Of a stretch of DNA of 64,000 nt, positions 48,192 through 59,612 are shown piece after piece. The position numbers were made by a program, and so were the translations under genes. Origin of the DNA: Callorhinchus milii (taxonomy: Eukaryota). Position 1 is the stretch's first letter, and every line of letters starts with the position of its first letter. The notes below the pieces were generated by a model that saw nothing but the letters and a program-made list of their open reading frames with translations, was not told the DNA's origin and did not search any database. The stretch lies in NCBI RefSeq assembly GCF_018977255.1, contig NW_024704743.1, positions 10,790,001 through 10,854,000 of the forward strand, written 5' to 3'.

Positions 48192-48690
48192 TAGGATGCA
48201 CCAAGACAGTAGAACAAGAGGGCATAGGTTCAGAATTGCAAAGAGCAATATCTTTTGCATTCTGGACACTAGGAAGTTTTTCTTTACCCAGAGGGTACTT
48301 AATGTGTGGAGCAAGTTGCCAGCAAGAATGGTTGATCTTCTTTATTTAAACCAATCTTGTGATCTTGAGAATTTAATGCCTTCCATAGATTTGCAAGATA
48401 CAGGAGAGTACTAAATAAGAGTGAAAGTAAATCTGGAGCAATGCAAGGTCAGGAGCCCAAGAAGGCCCAGATTTGGGATTGTGAAGGGCAACATTTAGCA
48501 CAGAACAGGAAATCTTTATTTATACAGATGTAATGAACAACTGGAGGGGTGGCCGAGGCCAGCACATAGGACTCATTTAATAAATAGTTCAATACTACAA
48601 TGAGCAGATAGCAAAATGGATATTAAGGAAGGGTGAAGTCAAATGGCCTGAAGGGTACCTCTTCAATCAAATCTTTCTGGTCATATTGTG
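48192..48690 (+). mobile_element. Old CR1 3' fragments (48192-48335; about 48450-48690)
   Basis: SRTRGHRFRIAK...RKFFFTQRVLNVWSKLP; second remnant with aatggcctgaagg. Confidence 0.7.
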
Positions 48691-49149
48691 AAAGATGCTA
48701 GTGCAGGCTACTCTATGATCAGCACCACTAAACAAGGCTGGAAATGGGCAACCATCATTCACTATATGATGGGCAAAGCTCAAAGACTCAGACTATGTGC
48801 CCTTGTTGAACATCAACAACATTCCATACAAATCTAACTGACACAATCCAGCTCCTGGCTTCATGACACTTGGGTATTGCAAACAGGTTCTTTGTTGAAA
48901 AGCCTAAGCAATTAAGCCCATTACTGGAAAGCTTGAATTTCACTCACCTTTTGTACTGATATACTTTTACAAGCGAGAGATCAAGGCTTGCCAGGTTTTC
49001 CTGCATGAATAAATATGTCAAGGTAAACAGAGTGATGCTAAATTTGTGGCTCAGGGGTACACTAACAACTGCCTGGAATCTATGTTCCTTGTGTATTAAT
49101 ATAGAAATGTGTATATACTAATATGGCTTTCACATTAGGACATATATAT

Positions 49150-49547
49150 ATATAGTCTAAGGTGACATTCCAGTGCAGTGCTGGGAGTGTGTTGCATTGT
49201 CACAGATACTGTCTTTGGATGGAAGTTAAACCAAGGTCCCATCCGCCTGTTCAAGTCAATGTTAAAGATCCCATGGTACTGTTCAAAAAGAGAAGGGGGT
49301 TTCTCCCGGTGTCCTGGCCAACAATCCCCCAAATAAAATTGGTCACTTAATCCATGACTATTTGTGGGACACTGTTATGCCCAAATGGCTGCTGCATTTT
49401 GCCCACAAAATATACTGACACAATCCAGTTCCTGGCTTCATGACACTTGGGTGTAAATCCATTTTACAGTATATCCTGTGAAGTGCTTTGAGATGTTTCA
49501 ACAGCATGATAAGCCATTATATCAAATGCAATGTTTATTATTATTAC
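49150..49547 (+). mobile_element. SINE-C with a B-like tail and a 39-bp foreign insert
   Basis: gttaaagatcccatggtactgttcaaaaagagaagggggtttctcccggtgtcctggccaac (Deu-like core). Confidence 0.88.
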
Positions 49548-49719
49548 ATTCTTTTGTAATATTATTCAGAGAAGCTGAAGTCCCTCTGTCAAAACTTTGG
49601 TGATTCACTTTCTAATATAGATTAGCTGTAAACTGCTTCAAGACAGCTTTCTAGTGCAGTCCTGTTTCATTTCTTTAAACAGTTCTGTTTTTCATTCTAT
49701 GCACGTGGTTCATAGACTT

Positions 49720-50075
49720 TTAATAATAATCTTTATATTTGATACTACCTTTCACATAGGAGGGCATAGCAAAATGTTTCAGAGGATACACTTTAACACA
49801 ATATATTTTGTAGGGACTTACGGCAACTTATACACAACATGACCCACAAATAGCAATGAAATTAATGACTAATTTTAGCTGGGGGATTGTTAAACAGGAC
49901 ACCATAGTTTTCTTTTTGAATAGTGCCTTGGGATCTTTAATGTCAACCTGAAGAGGCTGACAGGACATTGATTTAATGTCTCATCAGAGGATGGCCCCTC
50001 CAACAATTTAGTACATTCCCAACACTGCATTGGAATGCGATCTCAGACTACATGAGCTCAAAGTCCCAAAGTCCC
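49720..50075 (-). mobile_element. SINE-C
   Basis: Reverse tail; tagtgccttgggatctttaatgtc. Confidence 0.75.
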
Positions 50076-50809
50076 AATGAGAGTGGTCTCATCGAAGTTA
50101 AGATGACACATGCACATACATATTTCTCAGTCAAAAGAGATTTTCACTGCCTCAATCCCCTCCCCTCACTTCACTGTCTAACACCTACCCCTCAAAAAAA
50201 AATATTTTTACAATCCAAGAGATTTCAAAACTGTTTGCTGTTATGCATATCACTTTCAAGTTACCACCTTAAATAATTGAACAAACCATGATAATAACAA
50301 AATAGCATTTGTCCTCTTTAAATATTCATTGGAGGAAAAGGTAGCTATTAGACTTCTGGTTTTCTGGAGGACAATGCAAGCGAACCTGTCTCAGCAAATC
50401 ATTTGTACATTCCCTATGAAATTAAATTAAGGACATGCAGCGCAATTTGGTGCAGTCATCTGTAATAGAATCAGCTAGCAAAAATCATTACTTAACACAA
50501 GTAGGTATGCTTACCTTGTCTGCAAACCTTTAGTACTGTATATTGCTTCATAAAATGAACGATAAGCCATCTCATAGCGCAATAGAATGACACAGCATAA
50601 TTCAAATATTTCTCTTGTGGTCTGACTTAAGGTATTTTGACCAAGATTGCTGCTATAGTCGCAATAATTATTTTCATTGGGAATGCTGGACAATCAGCCC
50701 TGAAATGCATTGAGCCCTTGTAAATCTACTACAAAGATATTAACCTTCTAACATTTACCATATTTGTTGAGAAACTCCAACTAGGGCTATATTTTAAGAA
50801 CTACACGAA

Positions 50810-50992
50810 AATGCTGGATCCATTAAAAATTGAGGTGGATAGATTTTTGTTAGGTAAGGTTATCAAGGAATATGGGGCAAAGGTGGATAATTGGAATTGA
50901 GGTACAGATCAGTTATGATCTAATAGAATGGCAGAACAGGCTCAAGGGGCTGAATGGCCTACTCCTGTTCCTATGTTTCTACGTTCCTATGC
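50810..50992 (+). mobile_element. CR1 3' UTR fragment
   Basis: ggctgaatggcctactcctgttcctatgtttctacgttcctatg. Confidence 0.88.
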
Positions 50993-51039
50993 TTGAAAGT
51001 TAGGGCTGAATTCAACAATTTGCTAAATTCTGGATGTTC

Positions 51040-53307
51040 TCCCCCAACAAGCCCTAACCGTTGCATTAGAGTCCTCTGAACTCCTTCAACCTTCAACCCT
51101 CACTGACCCCTCTTCTCCTCTTACCCTCCTCCACAACACCCTCTCCTCCACACCCGATACTCTTGCACCCATCACTTCCCGTACTGTCTCCTACTCTCGC
51201 TCCTCTCCCTGGTTCACCACCCACCTCCGCTCACTGAAGAGCCAGGTGCGGGCTGCTGAATGCACCTGCCTCAAATCTGGCCTAACGGTCCACCGACAAA
51301 TCTGGCTGGACCTCCTCAAAATCTAACGCTCCACTCTAGCCTCGGCCAAGGATAATCCTGGAGGCGAAGGACAACCCCAGGCTACTGTTTGCTACCACAT
51401 CCCGACTCCTCCGTCCCCCCGCCACCATGCGCAGAACATCTCCTCCAACCTTCACTGCGAGGAGATGCTGGATTTCCTTGAATCCAAAATCAAGGGAATT
51501 CGCTCTGCGGTCACTTCCCCTCCAACATCCACCCACCCCCACCCCCTCCCTCCCACACTCCGACTCCTACCCATCCTCCCCTACACACTTTTGTACCCGT
51601 TTCCCCACCCTCTGTCACCAAACTCATCCTATCCCTGAAACCCACCACCTGCTCCCTTGACCCCATCCCCACTCCACTCCTTATCCCCCAGCTCCACCTC
51701 CTTGCCCCACATATCACAGACATCGTCAACCTGTCCGTCTCCTCTGGCTCTGTTCCCATTCCCTTAAAAACTGCCACCATCACTCACACCTTGAAAAAAC
51801 CCTCCCTTGATGCATCGCAGCTATCAAGCTACCGGCCCATCTCCAACCTCCCCTTCCTGTCCAAGGTCCTGTTGTCGCCTCCCAGCTGCGCTCTTTCCTC
51901 TCCACACATTCACTATTAGAACCCCTTCAGTCGGGTTTCCGTGCTGCCCATAACACAGAAACTGCCCTGGTCAAGGTCACCAATGACATCCTGACCATCT
52001 GTGACGAGGGCTCCCTCTGCCTCCTCGTCCTCCTCGACCTATCGGCAGCATTCGATACGGTCGACCATGCTATCCTCCTCCACCGCTTGTCCTCCCACCT
52101 CAACCGTCAAGGCCCTGTCCTTGAGTGGTTTAGGTCGTACCTCTCCCACCGTCTTCACTTTGTTTCCACGAATGGTTTTTCCTCCGGTCCCCGCACTGTC
52201 TTGTGCGGTGTCCCTCAGGGCTCTGTCCTCGGTCCCTTCTCTTCACCCTCTATATGCTCCCCCTTGGTGACATCATCCGCAGATATGGGGTTAACTTCCA
52301 CATGTATGCGGATGACACCCAACTCTACCTTTCCTCCTCTACCCTCAACTCCACGACCCCCGATGTCCTGACAGCTGCCTGTCCGACATCGAGTCCTGGA
52401 CGAGAGACAACTTTCTTCAGCTCAACGTGCGTAAAACTGAGGCCCTCCTGATTGGCTCACGTCAGCGCCTCTGCACCTCAGGCGCTGACAGCATCAGCCT
52501 CCAAGGCTGCACTCTCCACCTCTCAAAGCCAGTCAGGAACCTCGGGGTTCTGTTCGACCCTGAGCTGTCCTTTCTCCCCAATATCCGCGCCACAACTGGC
52601 GCCGCCTTCCATCACCTCCGGAATGTCGCCAGACTACGGCACTACCTCACCCCTCACGCTGCTGAAACTCTGGTCCACGCCTTTATCACCTCAAGGCTGG
52701 ACTATGGGAACTCTCTCCTCGCCGGCCTTCCCGGCACCTCCCTCCACAAGCTGCAGGTCATTCAGAACTCTGCAGCTTGTGTACTGTCCCGCACCAGACA
52801 CCGCGTCCACATCACTCCCTCCCTCGCTCGCCTCCACTGGCTCCCCATCCCCCAGAGGATCGATTTCAAGATCCTCATCCTCACCTACAAAGCCATTCAC
52901 GGCCTTGCTCCCTCCTGCCTCTCCGACCTACTATCCCCCTACCAACCTGCCCATACCCTCCGTTCCTCTGGCTCCGGTCTGCTCCACATCCCCCGCCCCA
53001 ACCGCCCTACCATCGGTGGCCGGGCCTTCAGCCTCTCAGCCCCCAGGCTCTGGAACTCTATCCCCCAGTGCCTTCGCTTTGCTTCCTCCCTTTCCTCCTT
53101 CAAGGCCGGTCTCAAGACCTTTCTCTTTGACCGTGCCTTCAGCTCCCCTCTCGACTCTCTACCCCCTCCTCGCTCCCTCCCTTCCCTCCCCTCACCCTGA
53201 CCATTTCCCCCCTGCTCGGGTCCTGACCCAACTGTACAGCGCCTTGGGATGTCCTCCCGACGTGAAAGGCGCTCTATAAATGGAATCTTGTTGTTGTTGT
53301 TGTTGTT
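51040..53307 (+). mobile_element. L2-a LINE, 5' truncated (about 2.3 kb)
   Basis: Colinear with 28067-30385 (-). Frameshifted RT with YADD near 52304; open C-terminal frame 52427-53200; (TTG)n tail. Confidence 0.96.
52427..53200 (+). pseudogene. L2 ORF2 C-terminal domain (open 257-aa remnant)
   Basis: KTEALLIG...[12 protein letters not shown]...[13 protein letters not shown]...APRLWNSIP...LKTFLF. Confidence 0.92.
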
Positions 53308-53455
53308 CTGAAACACTGCATTAAATCTGGATCCAGCTCGATTTTCTCCTTTTATTTATTCATATTGCTTTGTATATCCAGTTATACTTCCATTTCAAAA
53401 GCAAGTCTTCCTAAATTCCATTTATTTTGTGCATTATTTAAGAATTTCTTCTCAA

Positions 53456-54062
53456 AGCAAACGTAGAACAAAAATAGAAGCTGGGAAAACTCAGCAGATC
53501 AGGCAGCATCTATGCAGAAAGGAAAGTGAAACAAAACTTGGGAGAAGAGGTGTTAATAGTGCAGAACAGGCAAGACACTGGAGAGACGAGTGTCTAGGGT
53601 GATGATTGTAATGATAACAGAAGCTAACTCTTCTAGTAACAGAAAGAGGGGGAGGGGAGAAGATAAGCTGTTATGGTCTGAAGTGGTTCCAATTGATATT
53701 GAAGCCAGAGGTTTGTAGGGTCCCTAGCAGATAGAGGTAGAGTTTTATTTCGACGCAACCCCCCTTTTGATTAGCACCCCCATTTTTGTTTTACGCCACT
53801 ATCACCTCTTTAACCCATCAACTAACACATTCTCTCCTTTGTCTTCTTTTTTGAATTCTTGGTCTTCCTTGTCCTGCCTCCCTTTCTCAACTTGTCCTTA
53901 AAAACCTCTCCCTCCCAACATGCCCCAGTTCTGACGAAGGGTTGTGGACCCGAAACGTTGACTCACTTTCCTTTCTCCATAGATGCTGCCTGACCTGCTG
54001 CGTTTTCCCAGCTCTCTCTGTTTTTGTTTCCGATTTCCAGCATCTGCAGTATTTTGTGTTTT
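53456..54062. mobile_element. Penelope-like element remnant with inverted terminal repeats
   Basis: 51-bp inverted repeat (53479-53529 vs 53963-54013, 3 mismatches). Minus strand 53671-53730 encodes LLGTLQTSGFNINWNHFRP*, like the GIY-YIG C-terminal 'LGTL.P.GLN' motif. Confidence 0.75.
53927..53963 (+). ncRNA. Minimal type I hammerhead ribozyme motif
   Basis: AGTT-CTGACGA-A-GGGT(TGTGG)ACCC-GAAA-CGTT-GACT: both catalytic boxes, 4-bp stem II, palindromic AACGTT stem III, stem I AGTT/GACT. Confidence 0.7.
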
Positions 54063-54654
54063 AATCTCAACATAGAAACTGCTTCCAGTAATTAAAGTAC
54101 CAAACAGGTAGTTTAATTATCTGACCATCTTGCTATGAATTCCAACAGTTTAGAAATACTGTATTTCCTTTCTATTATTTTTTCCTTTGCTCAATCACTA
54201 ACGTTTAATTATTAATCACTTTTGGCTATTGCATTTTTGGCTGGCAAGCAATGATACCCTATAAATTGATCCATTTTTTCATTTTGTACTGCAGAACCAT
54301 CCCCTGCTGTACTACACAGGCACAGTTAATGAGAAATGAGACTTGTAGAAGACAGGATTAGGTTCCTGTGTCATATTTCATTTGCCCACAGATGAGCATC
54401 CGAGTTGATTTGCAGGGTGATACCCTTCTCTATAAGCTACCTCAAGTTATTTCAATCTGACTTCATAATAACTTTTATTTAATACAGTACCTTTCACACC
54501 AGGTTTATTAAAGTGCTTCACAAGATTCTTTATCAAAGGTGGTTGGAACTTTGAATATGGCAAAGTTCAAACCTTGCTTTGAAGTCATATTGGGAAGTTA
54601 CAATAAAGTACAAAGAGCCATAAACTGGACAAGGTGGTGCCTGCAGAAGAACAT

Positions 54655-55030
54655 CATCATCAACAACAACAACAACAAGCATTTATATGGCACCCTTCAT
54701 GCGGTGTTGTGTCGCAGAGCGCTTGATAGTGGCGGAGTCTGACCCTGAGCCAGGGGGCGAGGGAGGGGGGAGTTGACCATAAACACGATCAAAAAGGAAG
54801 GTCTTTAGGTGGAATTTGAAAGTGGGGAGGGAAGGGGCAAGGCAGAGGGATTGAGGGACAGAGTTTCAGGGCGTAGTGGCTGAAGGTATGTCCACTGATG
54901 GTGGAGCAGAGGGGATGAAGGACGAACAGGAGGCTGGAGCTGGCCGAGCAGAGGCAACATATGGGAGAGTGGGGGAGCAAGTTGGATGGTAGGGAGGTGC
55001 GAGGGCATAAAGGGATTTGAAAAACTTGTG
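54655..55030 (-). mobile_element. L2-c 3' fragment
   Basis: FKILSQVF...SSSLLFVLHPLCSTISGHTFSHYA; (CAA)n tail. Confidence 0.85.
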
Positions 55031-55137
55031 AGAGGATCTTGAAAAGACATCGGAGAGAGGCACACATTTCTATTGAGATTTGGGTAAATTCAGTGAAGGG
55101 ATTCCAGAGTTTCCAAACAGAGTTGCAATAATTAAAA

Positions 55138-55610
55138 GTTAGCCTGGTTCATTTGGTAGCACTCTTGCCTTTAAATCAGAAGATTACAGGTTCAAGTCCC
55201 ACTCTCCCTCAATCCCTCTGCCTTGCCCCCTCTCTCCCCTTTTTCAAGTCTCGCCGGAAAACCTTCCTCCCATCATGAAAGGCGCCATACAAATGTAATT
55301 TTGTTGTTGTTGTTATTTTTGACCGTGCAGGCTCCACCATTGTTAAGCGCTCTGAGATTCTACCCTGCATGGAGGGCGATCTATAAATACAAGTTGTTGT
55401 TGTTGTTAAACTCACATGATCTAGGCTGCCACTCCAATGCAGTGCTGGGTGTGCACTACACAATTTGAAAAGAGACAGGAGTTTTTCCCGTTGTGCCCAT
55501 AATTTGCCTACAAAATACACAGTCACTACACTTTACAGCAAATCCGGTAGGAAGTGCTTTGAAATGTCCTCCCATTGTGAAATGCACTATGATAAATGCA
55601 TGGATTACAA
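55138..55610 (+). mobile_element. SINE-C containing nested L2 3' fragments (55206-55407)
   Basis: Head ends at ggttcaagtcccactc and resumes at aaactcacatgatctaggctgccactcc. Confidence 0.8.
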
Positions 55611-56289
55611 GCAGTAGCACTGGGTGAATCAGAAAGCATTAGGATAGGCATGATTCATTGTTCACTGTATAAAGGTTGATAATTCACCTGGTATAATAGA
55701 AGCCACTGAGAGAGCAGAAACTGGAGAGCTGGCCCTCTCATTTACTATGAAAATGAGATTTGCTATAAGAGCAGTTAAATGCTTGTAAAGAGCTTTGAGA
55801 CTGTTCAATGTGATACAGCGTTATAAAAATGAAACCTTTACATTTCTTTCTTTACATTTCTGTGGCATTAAAACATGATGGTGCAAAAGTCAGTCTGTCC
55901 CCTGCATGCATTTGCCAATCTTTTCAGAGTTGCACATGGAGTGGAATGAGATCACCTTGTGGTGAGTAGGATGTTTCTTTTGTTCAAACAATTCTGCTAC
56001 AACAATCATGATTGCAGGAGGAGGAGGAAGTCATTAGCTGATCGAACCTGTTCTGCCACTTTCAGCAGACCACTGTAGATCTTTTAATCCCATTTCCCTG
56101 CCTTTTTTCCACACCTCTTTAATACCTTTATGTGAACACTATGGCTGTGTGTTCACTATGTGAACACCCATCAGCAGCTGGGCTTTCAGCCATTCTATCC
56201 CCACTCTCTGGAACTCTATCCTACAAGTTGAAGATCCTGTGGCACAATGAATAAGAGAATGGTGTTTCTCCCAAGCTCCTGATTGTTTG

Positions 56290-56452
56290 GTCATTTCATG
56301 GTTGTTTTGTGGGACATCGCTGTGTGCAAATTGGCTGCCAGGATTGCCTACAAAGTGCACAGTCACTACACTACACTTCACAGTAAATCCTTTGAAATAT
56401 CCTACTGTCATGAAAGTCATTATATGAAATGTAAGAATTATTTATTATTATA
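56290..56452 (+). mobile_element. SINE-C 3' part
   Basis: tttgtgggacatcgctgtgtgcaaattggctgcc... plus tail. Confidence 0.8.
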
Positions 56453-56964
56453 AATAGCCATTCTGGATACATAAGACAAAGTTTTTCCTTTCTGTATGTA
56501 GGAAAAGAAACTGAGCAAATGTCACTTTTAAATGGATGCTTCCATCAACAGCATGTCTATTAACTGTATTGTAAACCTCATAACCGATACAATATGCTGA
56601 GGGATATTGTATCCAAACTTCCTATAAAATCTCACGGGATTCGTGTACTTTCTTAAAAAAAGTACCCATAGAAAATAAATTATACTGTAATATGCCTAAA
56701 AGCCAGGGTAAGTCAGGATGATCCTTTCCCAACTTTACAGCAGTGGGTTATCTCCTTCCTTCCTTCGAGATATAAGCCTGGCTCAGTTGTGCAGTTCAAG
56801 CCCAACGTCAGGACTTGGAATCACAAAGTCTAAGCTGATGCAGAGCTGGGGATGTGTTGCATCTCGGTGTTGAAACCTCGGTTTAACGTCTTAACCAAAG
56901 GACAGCACCATCCGACAATGCAACACATTCCAATGTTTTCTATTTTATTTTGTTTGTTTTCACC

Positions 56965-57272
56965 AAATAATAATAGTAATAATCCATACATTGACATTTC
57001 ACATCAGGAGAATGTCTCAAACCATTTAGTAGGATTTTACTGTAAAGTGTGAGTGACTGTGTATTTTGTGAACAAATGTGGCAGCCAATTTGCAAACAGC
57101 AATGTCCTACACACAGCCATGAAGTGAATGACCACTTTTATTTCTTTTGGAGGATTGTTGGCCAGGACAATGGGAGAGAAACTTATTTCTCTTTTCAAAC
57201 AGTGCCATGGGATATTTTATGTCCATCTGAACACACAGATGGGATCTCAGTTTAATGTCTCATTCGAAAGAC
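56965..57272 (-). mobile_element. SINE-C 3' two-thirds
   Basis: Reverse tail; cagtgccatgggatattttatgtccatctgaac. Confidence 0.82.
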
Positions 57273-58676
57273 GAGTAACCAACAACAACAAAAAAACTTT
57301 GCATAGGATAACATCTCATAACGCTTCACAGGGACAGAGTTGGGCACAAGCAAGTGAGTTGAGTGAAGGGATATGAGGATTACTGGAAGAGAAGTGTAGG
57401 TAGGTGTAAGCTTTCCAGCAACGGGAAAGATTTGTGTATATTGTGTGTTAGATGGAGTGCCAGGATTCTTCCGGGCGTGAACTTGATAAGCCTCTAGGAA
57501 TTTTTTGTTCTCTTTGTCACAAATGTATCTATGGTTTTGCAAATGGCCCATGAGCCCTCAGTGACAAGGAGATCTGAGGTTGAAACCGAGGTCTTGGGAA
57601 TTGACATGATTTACATGGGCCTCCAGGAAAAAGATGCATTTCACTTCCTGAGGTGCTGTTTCCAGCACGGAAACCCCACATCTGGGGGATAAGGCTTTGC
57701 TCTGCCCTTTATTGTCACAGCTCATAATCTCAGCACAATTACACTCCCAAAGACCAAACATCCACTTTTAGGCTTAAAAGGTCATTCCGCAAAATAATTC
57801 TTCCAGATTATAAAATCTAATTACGTCCTCTGAAATCCAAGGGAGGATTTTTTTTTACACAAGGGATCAACAGCACAGGAAAGCTCATCGATTCAGTGTG
57901 TCTAGCGATAAGAGTTTTACATAAAAAAAGCTATTGTTAGACCCTATCGCTGAGCTTTGTCAATTTTTTCTCTCTTTTCGTCATTATTAACAAATGGTTT
58001 AGGTTAGCGTTCTTTTACAAGGGGTTTAAAGAGACAAAAGGGCAAACATTCTACTTTCATTTCGCACAATAACTAGGAACTTTTTAAAAATAAATATGTA
58101 TATATATACGCTCAGTGAGGATGTTTGCTCCTGTTAACCAGCCTCATCAAGATGTTTTATGGTTACTGTTTGCAGATTAAAATAAAAAAATACTGGCTGT
58201 TGCTTAATTCCCCATGAGCCAGACCTCGTTTATTTGCGGATGTATTAATCTCCTTTACTGGACAAGTTCCTAGACAGTCAGTCACAAGACCTCATGGTGA
58301 CTCACAGGTCAAAGCAGAGTTTCAACTGGAGCAAAAAGAGATGTTGGTTACAGGCAATACTTTTGTATAGAAAATGGTCTTGAAGAGAAGACTGTTCCTC
58401 ACCATCAAATGGCAATCATTTGTAAACTAATTGCTGAATAAATGACTACAATAGATTGCTGAATTAGTGAGGCGCAAATGTGCTGCATACTGCATAAAAC
58501 ACCAGCCAATCCAGAGTCCAATTAATATTAGCTGTTGATTCAAACTCCTGTTAAGAGTGAGTTTGATATGAATCAGCCTTATACAGCAGTTTCAATGCAC
58601 TTTCAACCTTCCACATCCCTTTTAATCACTTCCTCTCCACTCCATTCAGAGATAATTTTAAAGAAACCTTAACTTA

Positions 58677-59056
58677 ATGACCTTGCTCCCCCACTACCTC
58701 TGCAACCTCCTTACCAACCTGCCCGCTCCCTCCACTCAGTGGGTTCCGGCCTGCTTCATGTCCCCCGCCACCCCCGCCCCACCATTGGCAGGCAGGCCTT
58801 CTGCTACTCTGCCCCCACCTTCTGGAACTCCACCTACAGTACCTCCACCTCACCCCCTTCCCTTGCTTCCTTCAAGACATGGCTCAAGACCCTCCTCTTC
58901 GACCATGCCTTCGGTCACCCTTCTTCCCACCCTGGCCTCTACCCTCCCCAATCCCAACCCCCAGCTCGGGTCCAAACCACTGATTGTCCAGTGCCTTGGG
59001 ACGTCCTCCTGACTTGAAAGGCGCTACACAAATGTAATTTTGTTGTTTGATGTTGT
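58677..59056 (+). mobile_element. L2-b 3' fragment
   Basis: GSGLLHVPRHPRPTIGRQAFCYSAPTFWNS...SFKTWLKTLLF plus tail. Confidence 0.9.
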
Positions 59057-59399
59057 AATCTCACAAATTGCAAATATCGACAATTATTGAATGTACAAAA
59101 GTCTCTGTAACACTACAGCAGGCTTTAGGCTTTTATTGTTGCTTTTTTAAGCAGGCAATGACTTACATTTATGCAATGCCTTTCACTTAAAAGAAACATC
59201 TTGAAGAGCTTTAAGAGCGAGATTAATTAGAAATCAAGTGAATGTCGTTATGGTGACAAATACAGCAGCTAATATGTGTCAGTAACATCTTACAAACAAT
59301 GAGATGAGTAGCCAATTTATAGAAATTGTGGAATGAATTTGGAAAAGGAGGGAATATAAGTGAAAATAAACTGAGTAAATTCCACATTTCATTGAAATA

Positions 59400-59612
59400 A
59401 TATTAATAATAATCCTTGCATTTGGTACAATATCTTTCACACCAAAAGGACATGTCAAAGGGCTTCACATGATATATTGTGTAGTGTAGTGACTGTATAT
59501 TTGTAGGCAAATGGGGCAGTTCAATTTGTACTTAGCAATGTCCCACGAGCAGCCATGAAATAAATGACCAATTTTATTTGAGGGATTGTTGGCCAGGATA
59601 CTGGGAGAAACT
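59400..59612 (-). mobile_element. SINE-C 3' part
   Basis: Reverse tail and body. Confidence 0.78.

Noticed and set aside
52452..53279. Long Ser/Pro-rich ORFs (also 23-760, 28092-28724, 63019-63417)
   Set aside because: Alternative frames of C-rich L2 ORF2, open because of base composition.
57252..57551. 99-aa minus ORF
   Set aside because: No recognisable homology, and it runs into repeat sequence.
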